DNA of 64,000 nt from Paragordius varius. Its lineage: Eukaryota; Animalia; Nematomorpha. Numbering within the stretch: position 1 is the first letter of the stretch; the number at the start of each line of letters is the position of its first letter. The notes beneath the pieces were generated by a model. The model saw nothing but the letters and a program-made list of their open reading frames with translations, searched no databases and was not told the origin of the DNA. The translations under genes and the position numbers were made by a program. The stretch is from NCBI GenBank assembly GCA_964247055.1, contig OZ176052.1, forward strand, positions 5,704,001 to 5,768,000, written 5' to 3'. This document shows positions 1 to 12,997 of the stretch, one piece after another.

Positions 1-644
1 TTTTTATATAATTTTCTGTGTTACATGCAAATGTGAAATACATACTTTGGTTATAACTTTCAGCGTTATTTGAATTGTATTATTTTTATATTTTTGAGTA
101 CTATGTAAATATTATATCCTTTGTTACTTGAAATTTTATTGTTATAATGCAAATTATGTACAACTAAAATTAGTATAAACCTTAAAAAACCGAATAAATA
201 ATTCATTTCACATTTCTTATATTATCTCCTCATCTTTACAAGTTAACAGTTTTTAACTTTTATCAAGCAAATCGAAAATAATTCATCTATTTTATTATTT
301 TTAACCTATTTTCTATTATTTAACATAAATTTTAAATCGATATCAACTTTTAATCTTTAAGAAACCCTATATCTTTATTAATTTCTTAAAATAATTTTAG
401 ATATTTATAAGATTTTAACACGAAATAAAAAAAATATATAAGTTTTCTGGGTTATAAATTGAAATTTTCTATTAAAACATTATTAAGTTAATAGTTTTGT
501 TCAATTAAAAAAAATATTTTGAAACCAATAAAAAATTTTATTTTTAAATGAATAAATATATATTAAATAAAGAAAATTAGGTTAATAAATAATAAAATAA
601 AAAAATGCAAAAATTATGGTTAAATTAAAACTAATAAATTTTAT

Positions 645-706
645 GGAACTTGAACTGTTCAAGGACCAACTTGAAATGTTCAAGGACACTCTTGAAGTGC
701 AAATGG
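645..706. mobile_element. Terminal fragment of a family E-related MITE
   Basis: The reverse complement reads TA|CCATTTGCACTTCAAGAGTGTCCTTGAACATTTCAAGTTGGTCC, matching 42612-42680. Confidence 0.65.
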
Positions 707-723
707 TATAATTAATAAATTAC

Positions 724-936
724 TCATAAGATCAGAGGAGTGCTTTTGTATCGATTTCCTTCGCCTTCTACGTCGGTATAATATACCAAATCCAATACCC
801 AGCGAACAAAACAATAACCCAGCGCTACATACAATCAGAATAAGGATGTAAACAACATTGAGGCCAAATAAGGTGGCATTTTTACTGCTTGATAATTGAT
901 TGAATACAATGTTATTTTGGCCGTTAGTCAAGTTAC
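724..936 (-). CDS. Transmembrane exon of the MEGF-like gene
   Basis: Acceptor ttttag at 937-942 (minus strand), a 27-residue hydrophobic run, a polybasic stop-transfer YRRRRRRK, and donor GTAATT at 723. The ORF-track extension to 680 reads into an intronic MITE end. Confidence 0.88.
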
Positions 937-2640
937 CTAAAATTTAATGACAAAATATTAATTACATTTTAAAATATCGTGTACCTTGCAAGAGTAAATT
1001 ATATACCATTTTCTTGGTACAAGGTTAAACTCTCGAGTAAGGAGCCATTATCCAATGGATAAGCCATTTGTCGCCTATAAGTTTCATAATCCATGTGACC
1101 TAAACTAAGGTCTTTGTCATAAAACGCTTTAGATAAATTACGCAAACATTCGTCAGTGTTTCCATGGTGGATGCTCTGAGAACTGCACAAACATTGTCCA
1201 GTTTTGCGATCACACAACCTTAAATAAATTAATAAAAATAAAATATGTTATATAGTTTATATAATTTGGAAACAGCTTGTCTTTATCAACTATTAACTAT
1301 GTTAGAGTAGACTTGGCCAATATTTTATTAACAACCAAAAGCATTTAAATTTCAATTTTAATACTATATCACAAAATGTTAATTTAGAATGACTTAAGTT
1401 TTAGCTCTTCACTTTACTGCTTTTTGGGACTTATTTGGCTTTTGTCCGGATGGTTAAATTACAACAGCATATATATATATATATATATATATATTGTAAA
1501 AATCTGCTTCAATTGTATAAATCATGACTTTTAGACACGGAAATGTATGTAACGATGTTGACAGATAAGCTTATTTGTGTACTATATTATATCCTGCTAA
1601 TATCTCTAAAATAAAATGCTATTTTTCGTGTTAATCATTTAATTAATCACATCATATTTAAAATTTTATAAGCTAAATTAAAACATTATTAGAGTATAAA
1701 ATACATTTTTCGCTTGCAAAAAAAATGAACATTAAAAAGAACAAACATTAATCAAAATAATTGTTACACATTTTACTTTATTGTCTGTGAGGTATTATCT
1801 TTAAGAGTTTCGATTGATATTGTACTACAATTATTAGCACAGGGTTTATCACATTCAAGACCCCAAAATCCATGTAGACAACGGGTACACCTTGATCTTC
1901 GAGACATTTGTGCATTCGGACAATTACATATTCCGCTTACGGGATCGCACATTCTATCCAATCTTTCCGTCCAAAGATCTAATATCAATCAAAACATAAA
2001 ATAAGGAAATAGGCTTCTATAGAAATTGTATAATCTTTACTTTAAACGCTAAGTTCCAAACAATAAACATCGATCCAAGATGCAAAGTTTATTAAGAAAA
2101 TTTGGTTCATGTATTGATTTTTATTCCTTTATTTAATTTTCAATAAATATAACCTAAAAAATTTAAGCCTATAAACACAAAAATTTATTTATGCTACCTT
2201 AATTTCTGAGAATAAAATGTCGATAAATTGCGTTAATATTTCATTCAAACTTTGAAAAATTATAAAATATTTTTTAATAACCGACATAAAATAAGGTTCG
2301 GATGCTTTTAAAATTTTCAGTTCCAAAGCGTTTTGAGATTGTGTAGTCAAATGCCTCCTTTTATTCCAAACAATATTTTGAAGAAATATGATATATATAT
2401 ATATATATATATACTTTATTAATTTAATTGACGCATATCTTTTTTACATATTTCATCATAAATCTATGATTTATTTCATTTATGGAAATTTTTCTTATTT
2501 AAAAACATATAAAACACCATGCGTTTGGTTGCTCTTAACGATTTTATGGGTGATTGATTTTGACTTGGCACAAGTGCACATATGTTGACAAAAGATTCCA
2601 AACCAGCCGTCGGGACAATCTAATAGATTCAATAGAATAG

Positions 2641-2671
<31 letters not shown>

Positions 2672-2998
2672 AATTGAATAACATAAACAGCAAACATTTA
2701 CCTAAAATTAGAAGAAACTAAAAATATGGAAAAAAAAATTTATGGAGTGAACGACATATTAAATATTGCTCAATTAAAATTTGTAAAACTAAATTAATCA
2801 TAAAAACTTGGTATTGTAACATATAAAATGTTTACACTCCGAGAGATCAATAAAGTTAACGAAAGCACAGGTTATTATCGATCTAAAATTAAATTTCATT
2901 AGGTATAGAAAATACAAAAAACTGCTCTAATTTAGAATCTGAATTACACATCTCCACCAATCTAAAATATAGAAAAAATTATAAAGAATTAATTTTAC

Positions 2999-3035
<37 letters not shown>

Positions 3036-6000
3036 TGTGATTTTGACCCCCTTTTTTTGAAAAAGGGGGTCAGACCTAGGTCTGACCTAGGTCATACCAT
3101 ATGTTATTGCCAATAATAAATAATTACATTCATAAATACTTGATTAAATCACATAAAAAAGGTTTTTACATATATTTTTTAAAATTATACTTTCACCAAT
3201 CCTGATAATTTAAATTTCTACAATTGACGATCTTTCCTGGAATCATACATAAAGACTTATAGATAGTTTCAAATCACAGAAAGCTAAGACTAACGAGAAA
3301 ATATGGATTTATTAAAATCTATTTATGCTCAATTTAGATTGTGTGAAAAGGAGTCGAAACCGAGTCCTTGTCCATGAACTTAACGTTAACTTAGGATGGT
3401 TCAAAGAAAATTTTATACGATTTATTAGATTTAATATATAATTGTGCTCACTTCATTTAAAATTTCTGTAATCTTAGTAAGTTAAATATATTCTTTGATC
3501 AAATTATTTAAAATATGACATTGGCATCCATGCCATATTATATTAGGATATTCTTTATTAATCGAATTTTCAGCAGCCTTCATGTTCGCTGCATTATCGG
3601 TCACAATGGCATTTATTTTTTAATATTATCTTTTATTAGTTCCATGTAGATACATTCGGCAGTCTTACTATGATAAGATGTGTCAATAGTTAATAAAAAT
3701 GATTATAGGGATCCTTGGCCAATAAATAATATTAATTTGCTTCCTACGAATATTGGTAAAGGGATCGACGATTAATGAAATATTATTTTTACATATTCCT
3801 ATAACTTCTATTTTTATATCTTTATAATATGAATCTAGTAATTCATTGGAAATCTGTTTCTATGAATAGCATAATTAGGTTTAAAGTATGAATGAAACTC
3901 CGTAAATGTTTATTTTCAATTATGTTAAGAGTTGAGGATGTAAAAATAAAATTTGCTAAATGTTTCTGGCTAATTTCTCTTAAAAACATAAATTTTAAGT
4001 ACTAAACTTAAGAAATTAAATAATTAGCTTGTCGACCATCACCCTCTGTCATATAATTTATTTGAACTTCTTTTAGATTTCTACATTCGGTTTATATAAA
4101 TATATATAATGTAATTCCATTTCTTGCATGTAACTTATCTGATCGAAAAATTTGCACAAGGCTGATTTCATTATGATTTAGGAAGTAAAAAAAGATGTGT
4201 ATCATATGATATTTAAAACAAAATAATACATATATAGATAATATAAGGTTTTGTTTTCCTAAAAATTGTAAAAATAAAAAATTAAAAAAAATAAAAAAAA
4301 TTGACCTAGGTCATTTTTTTTCGTAGTCATGACTATGGTCATGACCTAGGTCATGACCCTATGTCATTGAATAATGGGCACAACCCTATATATATATATA
4401 TATAGATATATATATATAAATCAAATTGAATTCTTTCTTTTTATATAAAGACAACTTATTTAGGGCTGACAGTGATGATAGATAAAAAACGAACCAATGG
4501 TGAATAAAATAATACCCTCTGAACAATTGTGTCCAGTTTTTCCAGCTGGACAAATACAGGTCCCTGTCAGCGGATGACACGTTTCAGCACCAATGCAATC
4601 ACAACGATTGGCACAATCCGACCCATAAAACCCTTTTCCACACGCTAAATAAGTCATAATGAATAAATAGAGTTTCTTATGAATTATATCTTTAATTATG
4701 TAAAATGTTAATTTATTATATTTTGACAAAAAATTATTAAATAAAATATACTTGTTATATTTTGTAAAATGGATAACTCCTTACTAAAGAATATTTTGTT
4801 CAATTTTTTTACCTATGTGACAGCGTTCACCATGCCAGCCAGCTTGACAAGGTCCACATTTCCCTGTTATTTGATTACAAGATTGATGAGGTTTAACATA
4901 ATTTTGCTGATTTTTGCCCTGCTCTGATATGGTCAAATAATTGCCATCATATTGTAGAGCAGCGTGTTCACATTGACAAACATTGGCGCAGTTAGGACCC
5001 CAAAATCCTGGAAGACAAGATTGTGCACAGTTTTTACCTTGAATTACAAAATATTTTTGATAAATGTGGTATGCAAAAGATGTCTTTTTCCACACTTTTT
5101 TGCATTTAATTTTCCCTACTGATATTTTTTTCTATTTCCTTAATATATTTGTTATTATGATTAATTTGTGAATATATTAAATACCAGTACGTCCATATGG
5201 ACAAGTGCATGTACCATCTATGGCTGAACATGTTGGTAAAAATAATTCGCGTGCATATGTATTTAAAGTTCCATTTTTAGTAATCAAGAGTGTGGATAAA
5301 AGGTTTATGATCATAGTATCATTCATATCTACAAAGTAGGACATATTAAAAGTGTATGTGATATATGATTGATATTTTAATCTTAATATATTATACCAGC
5401 TATAAAATTGGCCATATTAGTTTGATTGATTCCATAGTTTAACAAATATTCCATCTCTATTTTGTCTTGTAAAAAATCAACCGGATTGCTGGTAGTAAAT
5501 GATTTCATTGCCAATTCCAAACTTTTATTATAATCAATCACGTAATCATCATAAAACTTAATGGTACTGATTGTGGTTGTTGTCATATCTTTAGGCTAAA
5601 ATTGAAAAAAAATTATAAAATACATATATTATGTATTATAAAGCATAGATATTTTCAATGATTTATATAATACATAGGGATTAGCGGAAGTAGCTTTTTT
5701 CCAGAACCGTTTTATAACCAAAATAATCCATTTTTAAAATTATGATATATTATGTTGTAAGTTACAGAAAAAAAAGAAGCATAGGTATTAACATTAAATC
5801 CCCTTTATCCCAAACTAAAAGATTTGACAAAAAAATTATAAAGCGGGTCGAATTTCGGAAACCGAAAACACTGTCCCAAAAATTGTTATTTGGTAAAAAA
5901 AATATTATTGGAGACAAAACCGGGATGGCAAAAAAATATCAACAATCCCTATTTTAACAACCATATCCAAGAATAAAACAATAATAAAATAATTTCGAAT

Positions 6001-7213
6001 TCTAAAATATTTTTTTCAAATAATACCGCTTTTTTATTCAAAGCTAAAGTTTTGACTAGAAGAAGATTGGTAATTGCTCGAAGTTCTTCCATATCCCAGG
6101 AAGTATTTAAGTTGTATCCGGAAAATTTTGTATTAGATGTTTTGATAGCTTTATCTTAAGAAAATTACAAATATAATATTTGGCTTTAGTGAGAAAATCA
6201 ACCAAATATTTACTAATAAATATTGATGAGTTTTTATATTAATGTATTTAAACCAATAAATTAAAATATATTTCTGGTATGATATATCGCAAAAAATAAA
6301 TAGATATGTTTAAGCAAATATTTGGTCATTTCATAAAGCTAAAAACAAAAACTTTCGGTGTAAGATAATTGTTCTTAATACGGAAAAACTACATTAAACA
6401 AATAAAATTATTTTATTAATTTTGCGTTCAATCATTACTATCAATTTTATAGTCTAAATCAGTGGCGTCCCAACATGCGGCCCTTCGAGATTTCATGTAC
6501 GACCCATGAAAAATTTAGAAATTCATAATTTGATAAGTGATGCTCAAATCTTAACAAATTTAATATTTCCTAAACACAACTTTTCAAGTCTACACAATTG
6601 GGAATAAAAAAATTGTTATATTGTGTTTGTATTTTGCAGTCTTACGTTCTAAATAAATTTATATGAATGCCATATTTTAAATGCGACCCGCCAGATTTTT
6701 TACAAAAATGCAGCCCGCGAAGTTATTTGTGTTGGAGAACCCTGGTCTAAATATATTCCCAATCATATACTGTTATTCAAAGCCACCATTATATTGGATA
6801 ATTTGTCTTCAAAATATGATGTTGATATTTCGGTCCGGCTTGCGATAGATTGTAGCGCACGAGTAAAAGCAGACGAAGAATTTTGGAAGAACTCGTGGCC
6901 ACACGAACACGTGCTATTGCAATTTGGACCAAACAATCCTTGGTCACATGACACATCGCAGCGTGACCCGGTCCAACCTGATTGACAACCACATGTTCCA
7001 TTGACGGCATCACAGCTGTTAAAATGAATACAATCACATGTCTTAGCACACGCCAGCCCATATCGACCCTTTTGGCATTGGTATTGACAGCTAAGACAAT
7101 AATGTTTTTTATGTCATATGTATCAACTTTTTTATTCCATAATTAATTTTAACAAAATAAAAAAACGTTTAAATGAATTTTATATAAAAATATACGATTT
7201 TTTAAGTCAAAAC

Positions 7214-7245
<32 letters not shown>

Positions 7246-10200
7246 GACAGTCTTTGAACAAAATTTTTAGATGGATTAATTAAGTTGTCAATTTATCGTT
7301 TAGTAAAAAAAACAGTTAAAATATTTTGCGATTTATGTGTGAAACATAAAATATTTACATGAATCCAAACAACACAAAACAAAAAATACTTTTCACCACT
7401 CCAACCAGCTTTACAACTACAACTCCCGTTAATAGGATCGCAAAATGCGCCATTTTGACACATACATCGACCTTTACAATCTGGACCAAATGTATCTGGG
7501 GGACAAATCGTTTCACATCGAGGACCGATAAACCCGGGTTTACATCTAATAAATTTGGATTGTATGAAATAAAAAATAGAGATAGACAATATATTTATCA
7601 TAACTTATTTGATATTTATATAATGTGACCAGTTATTTATATGAAAAAATAATTTTAAAATTTTCTTCAAATTATAATCCAAATGCCATATTTTTCCATC
7701 AATCAATCCATCAATTAAATATAATATTTACAAGCATTTCCCAGTGTATGGATTACATTCGCCATTGGTATCTTCACATTCACATGACTGTGTGCAATTG
7801 AAATCGAGTACGCAAGGTAAATTGCAAAAACGTCCTGTATGAAAGGGAACTACATCATAATGTGTCACAAAAGTGCTTTTATTGTCGCTTCTTGAGATCC
7901 GTTTGTTTTGTGATTGTGGTTGATTGTCATGAATTTGACCGCGTTTAGAGGGGTTTATTGTAAATGATGATATTTCAAACTAATCATTAATACAGTACAA
8001 CTAGTTTTTCAAGGAAAATAACTTGACTTAAGATATTTTATCTTTACTTTTACAATTTTTATATCTAACTGATTTCTCTATATTGTGCTATTCACTTTAT
8101 AATCTGTAAAAAATAGCCCAGACCCTTATACCATATTTAAGTGTTATAAAAATATTTGACCCCATATTTAGATTGATATTTAAAGCTCTTTTTATTTATT
8201 TTTTATCTGGTAGGTTTTTGTAATTTACATTAACTAGCTCCGCCTGTACAGGGTTGTGATGAGCTTGATGATGTATTTGAAGCGATAAAATTGAGCAATC
8301 ACAAAAACCATCCGTGGAACGACATTGTGATTTGTACTGACATTCGCATTGTTCAGAACATCCGAATCCATAAGTCCCAGGAAGGCACTTTTCTTGACAC
8401 CTTATGAAAATAATAAATAGCCTTGTTAAATAAAATGCAATTAAAATAATTAAACAGATTGAAATTTATTAATTTATTTAACTGTTGTATTACACAATCT
8501 ATGTAGTATTTATATATTCAAAAACAACACTATGTGAAAAAACATGTTATCTCCTTTGTTTAAAAATAAAATAAGTTTCCACATATAAAAAAAGAATATA
8601 GTAAACCCTATTCCTTTGAATCCAGGTCCACATTGGCATTCCCCTGTCACATGGTGACACGTGACTGAATAAGCAGACAAATTATTGTGATTGGCGGAAT
8701 GGCAATTACATTTTGAGGCACAAAGGTGGCCATAAGTACCGCCTGGGCATTTATCACCACAAACGTTTCCCTTTATATTTTTTACGGAAAAATAATAACT
8801 CTTTATCCAATTTAAAAATCCTTTAATTATAAAAAATGTGTTAACACTTGGAAATAACACATTCATTTCAGTCCTTCGATTCAAATCGGGTTCTTTGGAA
8901 ATCCCAGGGCTGTATAAAATCAAATATTTCTAAAAAATATGGAAAAATTTGCAAAAGTTTGTACTTATATAACATTAATGAACTAAAATATAGAAAAGGA
9001 TTCATTTACAAAACTCTATATCACTTACAGTAAATAAACAAAGGATTATCACGAAAAAACAAAAGAATATCCATATGAAAAAAAATATTTAGCATGGTTA
9101 AAATCATTTAAATATTCATAAGTTTTTACGTAATAATCATTTGTTAATCTTACTGTATTTTATGGATAAACCTAGAGCTAACAGTCAACCTGACATGTGT
9201 GAATTAGCTAAATATAAAAATATTGCAATACAAACCACTTTTTTAACATCATGGTTAAATTTGATATAAATTCAGCTTTAATTTTAGCGTTAGAATCAAA
9301 TATGATATGAAAATGTTGCAAAATAAAAATGGAGCGACGTAGTTTATATGAAAACTAAATTTTATTTAGATATTTTGGCTTATTTATATAATTATAATTA
9401 GAGTAGAACCATAAATTAAAACCGTTTATTTCAGAGTTTTTAAAAATATCAACTTAAATTTAATCTGAGGTCGCTACATACCCCAATTTAAATCGAAGTG
9501 CTTAGGGAGCAAATTGATACAAAGATAGTTTGAAAGTATGTTAAAATAATATTCAATTATTTTAAATATATAAATATATCCGCTTACTACTAGCAGCGTT
9601 TTAAATAACATAATATATTAAATGATATATAATGTGTTATACTAATTAAATTTATAATTAATGTGTATATTTAGGTTTTATGGAAATGAATTAATAGATC
9701 CTTAATTTATGGTAATATATAGTATTGTAATTTAATACCGTCCATCCAGGATCACAGGAACATTGATAAGGTCTAATACATTGTCCATACATACATGGGG
9801 GATTACAATATGCTAGTTTAATTAAATATGTTAACACAAATATATTTGTTAGTTTAAAATAATATATAAAAAGTAAAAAATATTGTTCAAATTAAATATA
9901 AAGTTATAGGTTTTTAGAAAAATTCCTTAATTTAAAAATTATGTAAGCGTAAAAAAAACGTTTTGTGCAGTTTTGGGTTAAATCTGTCCATCCGTCACAG
10001 CATATTGGTTTATTACGATACTTAATTTCAGTAACATTTTTCACCTCGGGTTTCGTTATCGATCTGTAACATTGATATAAAAAATATATTTTTATTTTCG
10101 TATAATTCTAAAATTGTAAACATTTACAATTCTAATTTACCCCCGAACAAGTCAAATTCATCCTTAAAAAAATCAACTAAAAATTTATTAGGTATTTTCG

Positions 10201-11636
10201 AGATAATATAACTCATTATTAATATGAAATATATCTTTATGGATTCATTTATTTATTTTCAGTATAATATTAATTTTAAACAATATTTCATTTATTAAAA
10301 ATATATAAAAATACAGGTTATTTTTAATCTTAAAAATCACATAATTTATTTTAGGGTGAATTCGAAGCGTAAATGGTATATAAAAATTGTCGCGTTAAAA
10401 ATTTGGGGACAATTTATATTTATACCATCTATCAAATATTTATTAAAACTTGACATCTCCATTCAAAGTCAAAAATCGAATATTTTTAAACACTTGTTGC
10501 ATTAAAAATAATAATTAACTCTGACCTTTAAATTTTCAATGTCAGATTAAATTATGTGGATCATACAATTACCGTATATATTTTTCATTATAAAGTGAAA
10601 TTATCAAACGCCAATATATCAACTATAAAATTTATCAGAATAATGCTTTTAATGCCATGAAATATTAAATTATTAAATTAAAACATTAAAATTCTTCAAT
10701 ATAAAATTAATGAATAAATATTCACTTCGCGCATTATAAGTATTAATCATTGTGTTGAGAACCATGAAACGAATTTTTTAAATTTTTTGAAAAAAAACAA
10801 TAAAAAATAATTTCCGTTTTTACCGAAAACACCAAAAATTCCTCAAATATTTTGATTTGGTATATATGACATATTGGATACCAGGGTACATAAATAACTT
10901 TTGAGAAATATAAAATTATGAAAAATATTTTATTAAAAATAGAAAATTTATTTTCAATGGTTTAATTTTCAGGATTAATTAATTATTAATTTTTTCCGAT
11001 GGTTTAATTTCCAGATGATGATTAATTAATTATTATAATATAAGTGTGGTACGATCGCAAAATACACATATTTATGTATTATGGAAAAAATAAAAATATA
11101 TGAAGATAAATACATGATTGTAATTAGTAAAGATTAGATGTAAAAATATATAATAGAAAGGCCATAAAGGGATAAAAGAGGTGTTAAAAAATATTTTTTG
11201 AGGTTTAAGTGGAAAGGTAAAAGAAAAAAAAACATATTATAGAGAATGATTAATTCTTCAAAATAATTTGTCATTAGGAAAATGTCATAGTAATATGACA
11301 TCACGCTCATCATAAGGTATAATTTTACTAGAAAGAAAAAAGATGTTAGAAAATATTTGGTTAGAAATTCTAAATAAATGGTAAATGGTATATAATAAAT
11401 ATTATTGTAAATATTACCTATATTTTGTTTTGCATTTCCCAAGCACCCAGTAAAATATTTTAGATACACCAGTACATTCTTTAGGATTATATTTTTCAGT
11501 AATAATATTGTATTCTGTAACATTCAATGTTTCATTGTATCTAAATATAATTATATAAATACTTTTCTGGATAGTTACAAATATTATTTGCATTAATGCT
11601 TATAAATCCAGCAATAATTAAATAAACTCCAAACAT
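724..11636 (-). CDS. MEGF10: Draper/CED-1/MEGF10-11-like EGF-repeat transmembrane receptor (multi-exon, 3' end beyond window start)
   Basis: Phase-consistent GT-AG exons in transcript order: 11636-11563, 11540-11418, 10063-9960, 9812-9739, 8770-8607, 8400-8229, 7979-7732, 7545-7390, 7090-6787 (or 6771), 5595 (or 5588)-5397, 5328-5185, 5037-4813, 4644-4516, 2619-2518, 1978-1777, 1218-1007, 936-724. Product: signal peptide MFGVYLIIAGFISINA, 6-Cys EMI domain (NNIC...KEC...GKC...ICCDGW...NC), EGF PYCNPPCMYGQCIRPYQCSCDPGWTG, repeated C-x-x-G-x-[YFW]-G-x-x-C-x3-C-x-C...C-x-x-x-[TS]G-x-C modules, TM VVYILILIVCSAGLLFCSLGIGFGILY, then RRRRRRK. The architecture fits the MEGF10/11/PEAR1/Draper family; exact orthology is not established. 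Confidence 0.88.
3030..4388 (-). mobile_element. Decayed, internally deleted hAT DNA transposon inserted in a (TA)n tract
   Basis: 10 bp TIRs TAGGGTTGTG (3030-3039) and CACAACCCTA (4379-4388) with (TA)n on both flanks. Subterminal GACCTAGGTC palindromes occur at both ends. Frameshifted transposase remnant on the minus strand. Confidence 0.9.
3480..3960 (-). pseudogene. hAT (Ac-like) transposase remnant
   Basis: Frameshifted peptides LANFIFTSSTLNIIENKHLRSFIHTL, NELLDSYYKDIK...ISLIVDPFTNIRRKQ, TIDTSYHSKTAE, INAIVTDNAANMKAAENSINKEYPNIIWHGCQCHILNNLIKE. These carry the hAT catalytic Asp motifs and the C-x-x-H motif. Confidence 0.88.
5675..5951. mobile_element. hAT-like MITE with TAGGGATT termini, 277 bp
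   Basis: TAGGGATT at 5675 and AATCCCTA ending at 5951, with internal AACCG repeats. The TSD is poorly conserved. Confidence 0.6.
6460..6744. mobile_element. hAT-type (Charlie/SPIN-like) MITE, 285 bp
   Basis: Ends CAGTGGCGTCCCAAC...GTTGGAGAACCCTG with a perfect 8 bp TSD GTCTAAAT (6452-6459 and 6745-6752). Confidence 0.88.
9180..9520. repeat. Partial copy of repeat family B
   Basis: GTCAACCTGACATGTGTGAATTAGCTAAA...ATGGAGCGACGTAGTTT...TACCCCAATTTAAATCGAAGTG. Confidence 0.6.
9960..11636 (-). CDS. Signal peptide and EMI domain exons of the MEGF-like gene (first three exons)
   Basis: Spliced product MFGVYLIIAGFISINANNICNYPEK YNETLNVTEYNIITEKYNPKECTGVSKIFYWVLGKCKTKYR SITKPEVKNVTEIKYRNKPICCDGWTDLTQNCTK. 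Exon 1 and exon 2 are separated by a 22 nt intron (11541-11562). Confidence 0.85.
10120..10376. mobile_element. MITE family E (CCATTTAC TIRs, TA flanks)
   Basis: CATTTACAATTCTAATTTACCCC...GGGTGAATTCGAAGCGTAAATGG|TA. The interior is shared with the other family E copies. Confidence 0.75.
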
Positions 11637-12109
11637 TAAAGCACCTATATTTTGAGGTGCGATTTACATATGAATTAATGTAAGAACCACTTAAATATGA
11701 TATATAAAACAAATAAATATATATTAATGTATTATGATTATCTTGATAAAAATAATTATAAACATTTCTACTATTTACTTAAAAAAACTATTCTCTGCTT
11801 AGATATATTTGAAAACCAATAAAGTCATTTTTTCTGTGCACATTGTCTACTAAAAATACTTGTTGAAATTTATTATTCTGAAGGAAAGTGTAATTATCAA
11901 TGTTTGCTGTTGGCCCTCATGATATAAAAAAGTGATCTACACTTTTGAGGCAAGTGCTCTTTATCAGAAGGCAAAATTTGACCTAATTTTTATAAATAAA
12001 ATATTTTGGTGAAAGCTGAACGCTTCTTTCCTAAAAATATCACTAAAATATATCATTTACTGCATATGAACATAGCAATATTTTCAAATTAATTTTTAGG
12101 TCTAGCCTC

Positions 12110-12700
12110 CGAAAGTCCCCATTTCTTTTAACACTTCGATTCAATTTGGGGTATCTAAATACCTCAAACTAAATTAAAGTTAAAATTTAAAAAAATACTG
12201 AAGGAAACAGTCCTAATTTAAATTTATGCTTCTATCCTAATAAGCTAAAATATCTTAAAAAAATCGTTTTGAAAAAAATGTTTCATGTCAAACTACGTCG
12301 ACGCCATTTATATTTTGCAAAAATTTTGCAAAATATCGTGTTCTTTTATTTTTCATGGTATAATTAAAGCTAATTTTTAATTTAAATCACATCTAACATT
12401 GATAGAAACAGAGAAAGTTGTTTATATTGTATTATTTTTAAATTTAGCCAATGCACATATGTCACGTTGACTAAATTTTTACTTTTGGGTTTTACCTAAA
12501 AATAAGTAATATCAAGTATTTTTGAAAAAAGTTTTTTATATATTCCGGTTTATTAATGTTAATAAGTGCAAAATATTGCCATTGTTTCTATTCCTTTTAA
12601 AATGTTTTATTATTTATTTTTAAACAGGCTTGGGGTATCCAATTTGAATCGAGGGACTAAAATGAATGTGTTGTATCCAAGTGTTAAAATGGGACCTCTT
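12110..12700. repeat. Interspersed ~600 bp repeat family B (MITE-like)
   Basis: Inverted homolog of 15190-15760. Both ends carry the inverted motif TACCCCAA(T/A)TTGAATCGAAG. Boundaries are approximate. Confidence 0.65.
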
Positions 12701-12869
12701 TAAATAAAGGCAAAAAGGCCTGGATTTCGCAATTAAATGCTAAATTTTGAAAACTAAAAAAATTTAATAAAAACATGCTTTTTAAAAAAAAATATTTTAA
12801 AAGCGTATGCTAGTTTGAGGCGTGGAAAACGGTATAAATACACTTTTAGATATTTTTAAATATTCTTAT

Positions 12870-12997
12870 AGAATTTATGCTGATGATTTTTATTACTTCA
12901 GAATTTTAAATAAAATATTTTCACTTTAAATAATCCTACAGAATTTATGCTGATGATTTTTATTACTTAAGAAGTTTGAATAAAATATTTTCACTTC
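12870..12997. repeat. Tandem duplication, 70 bp period
   Basis: AGAATTTATGCTGATGATTTTTATTACTT...AATAAAATATTTTCACTT starts at both 12870 and 12940. Confidence 0.85.

Noticed and set aside
680-723. ORF-track C-terminus [13 protein letters not shown] as the end of the MEGF-like protein
   Set aside because: It reads through a GTAATT donor into a MITE terminus also found at 42612, so the real tail lies in exons beyond the window.
11134-11523. 129 aa minus-strand ORF
   Set aside because: It is an off-frame reading of EMI exon 2 extended into AT-rich intron, with F/L/I/Y-biased composition.
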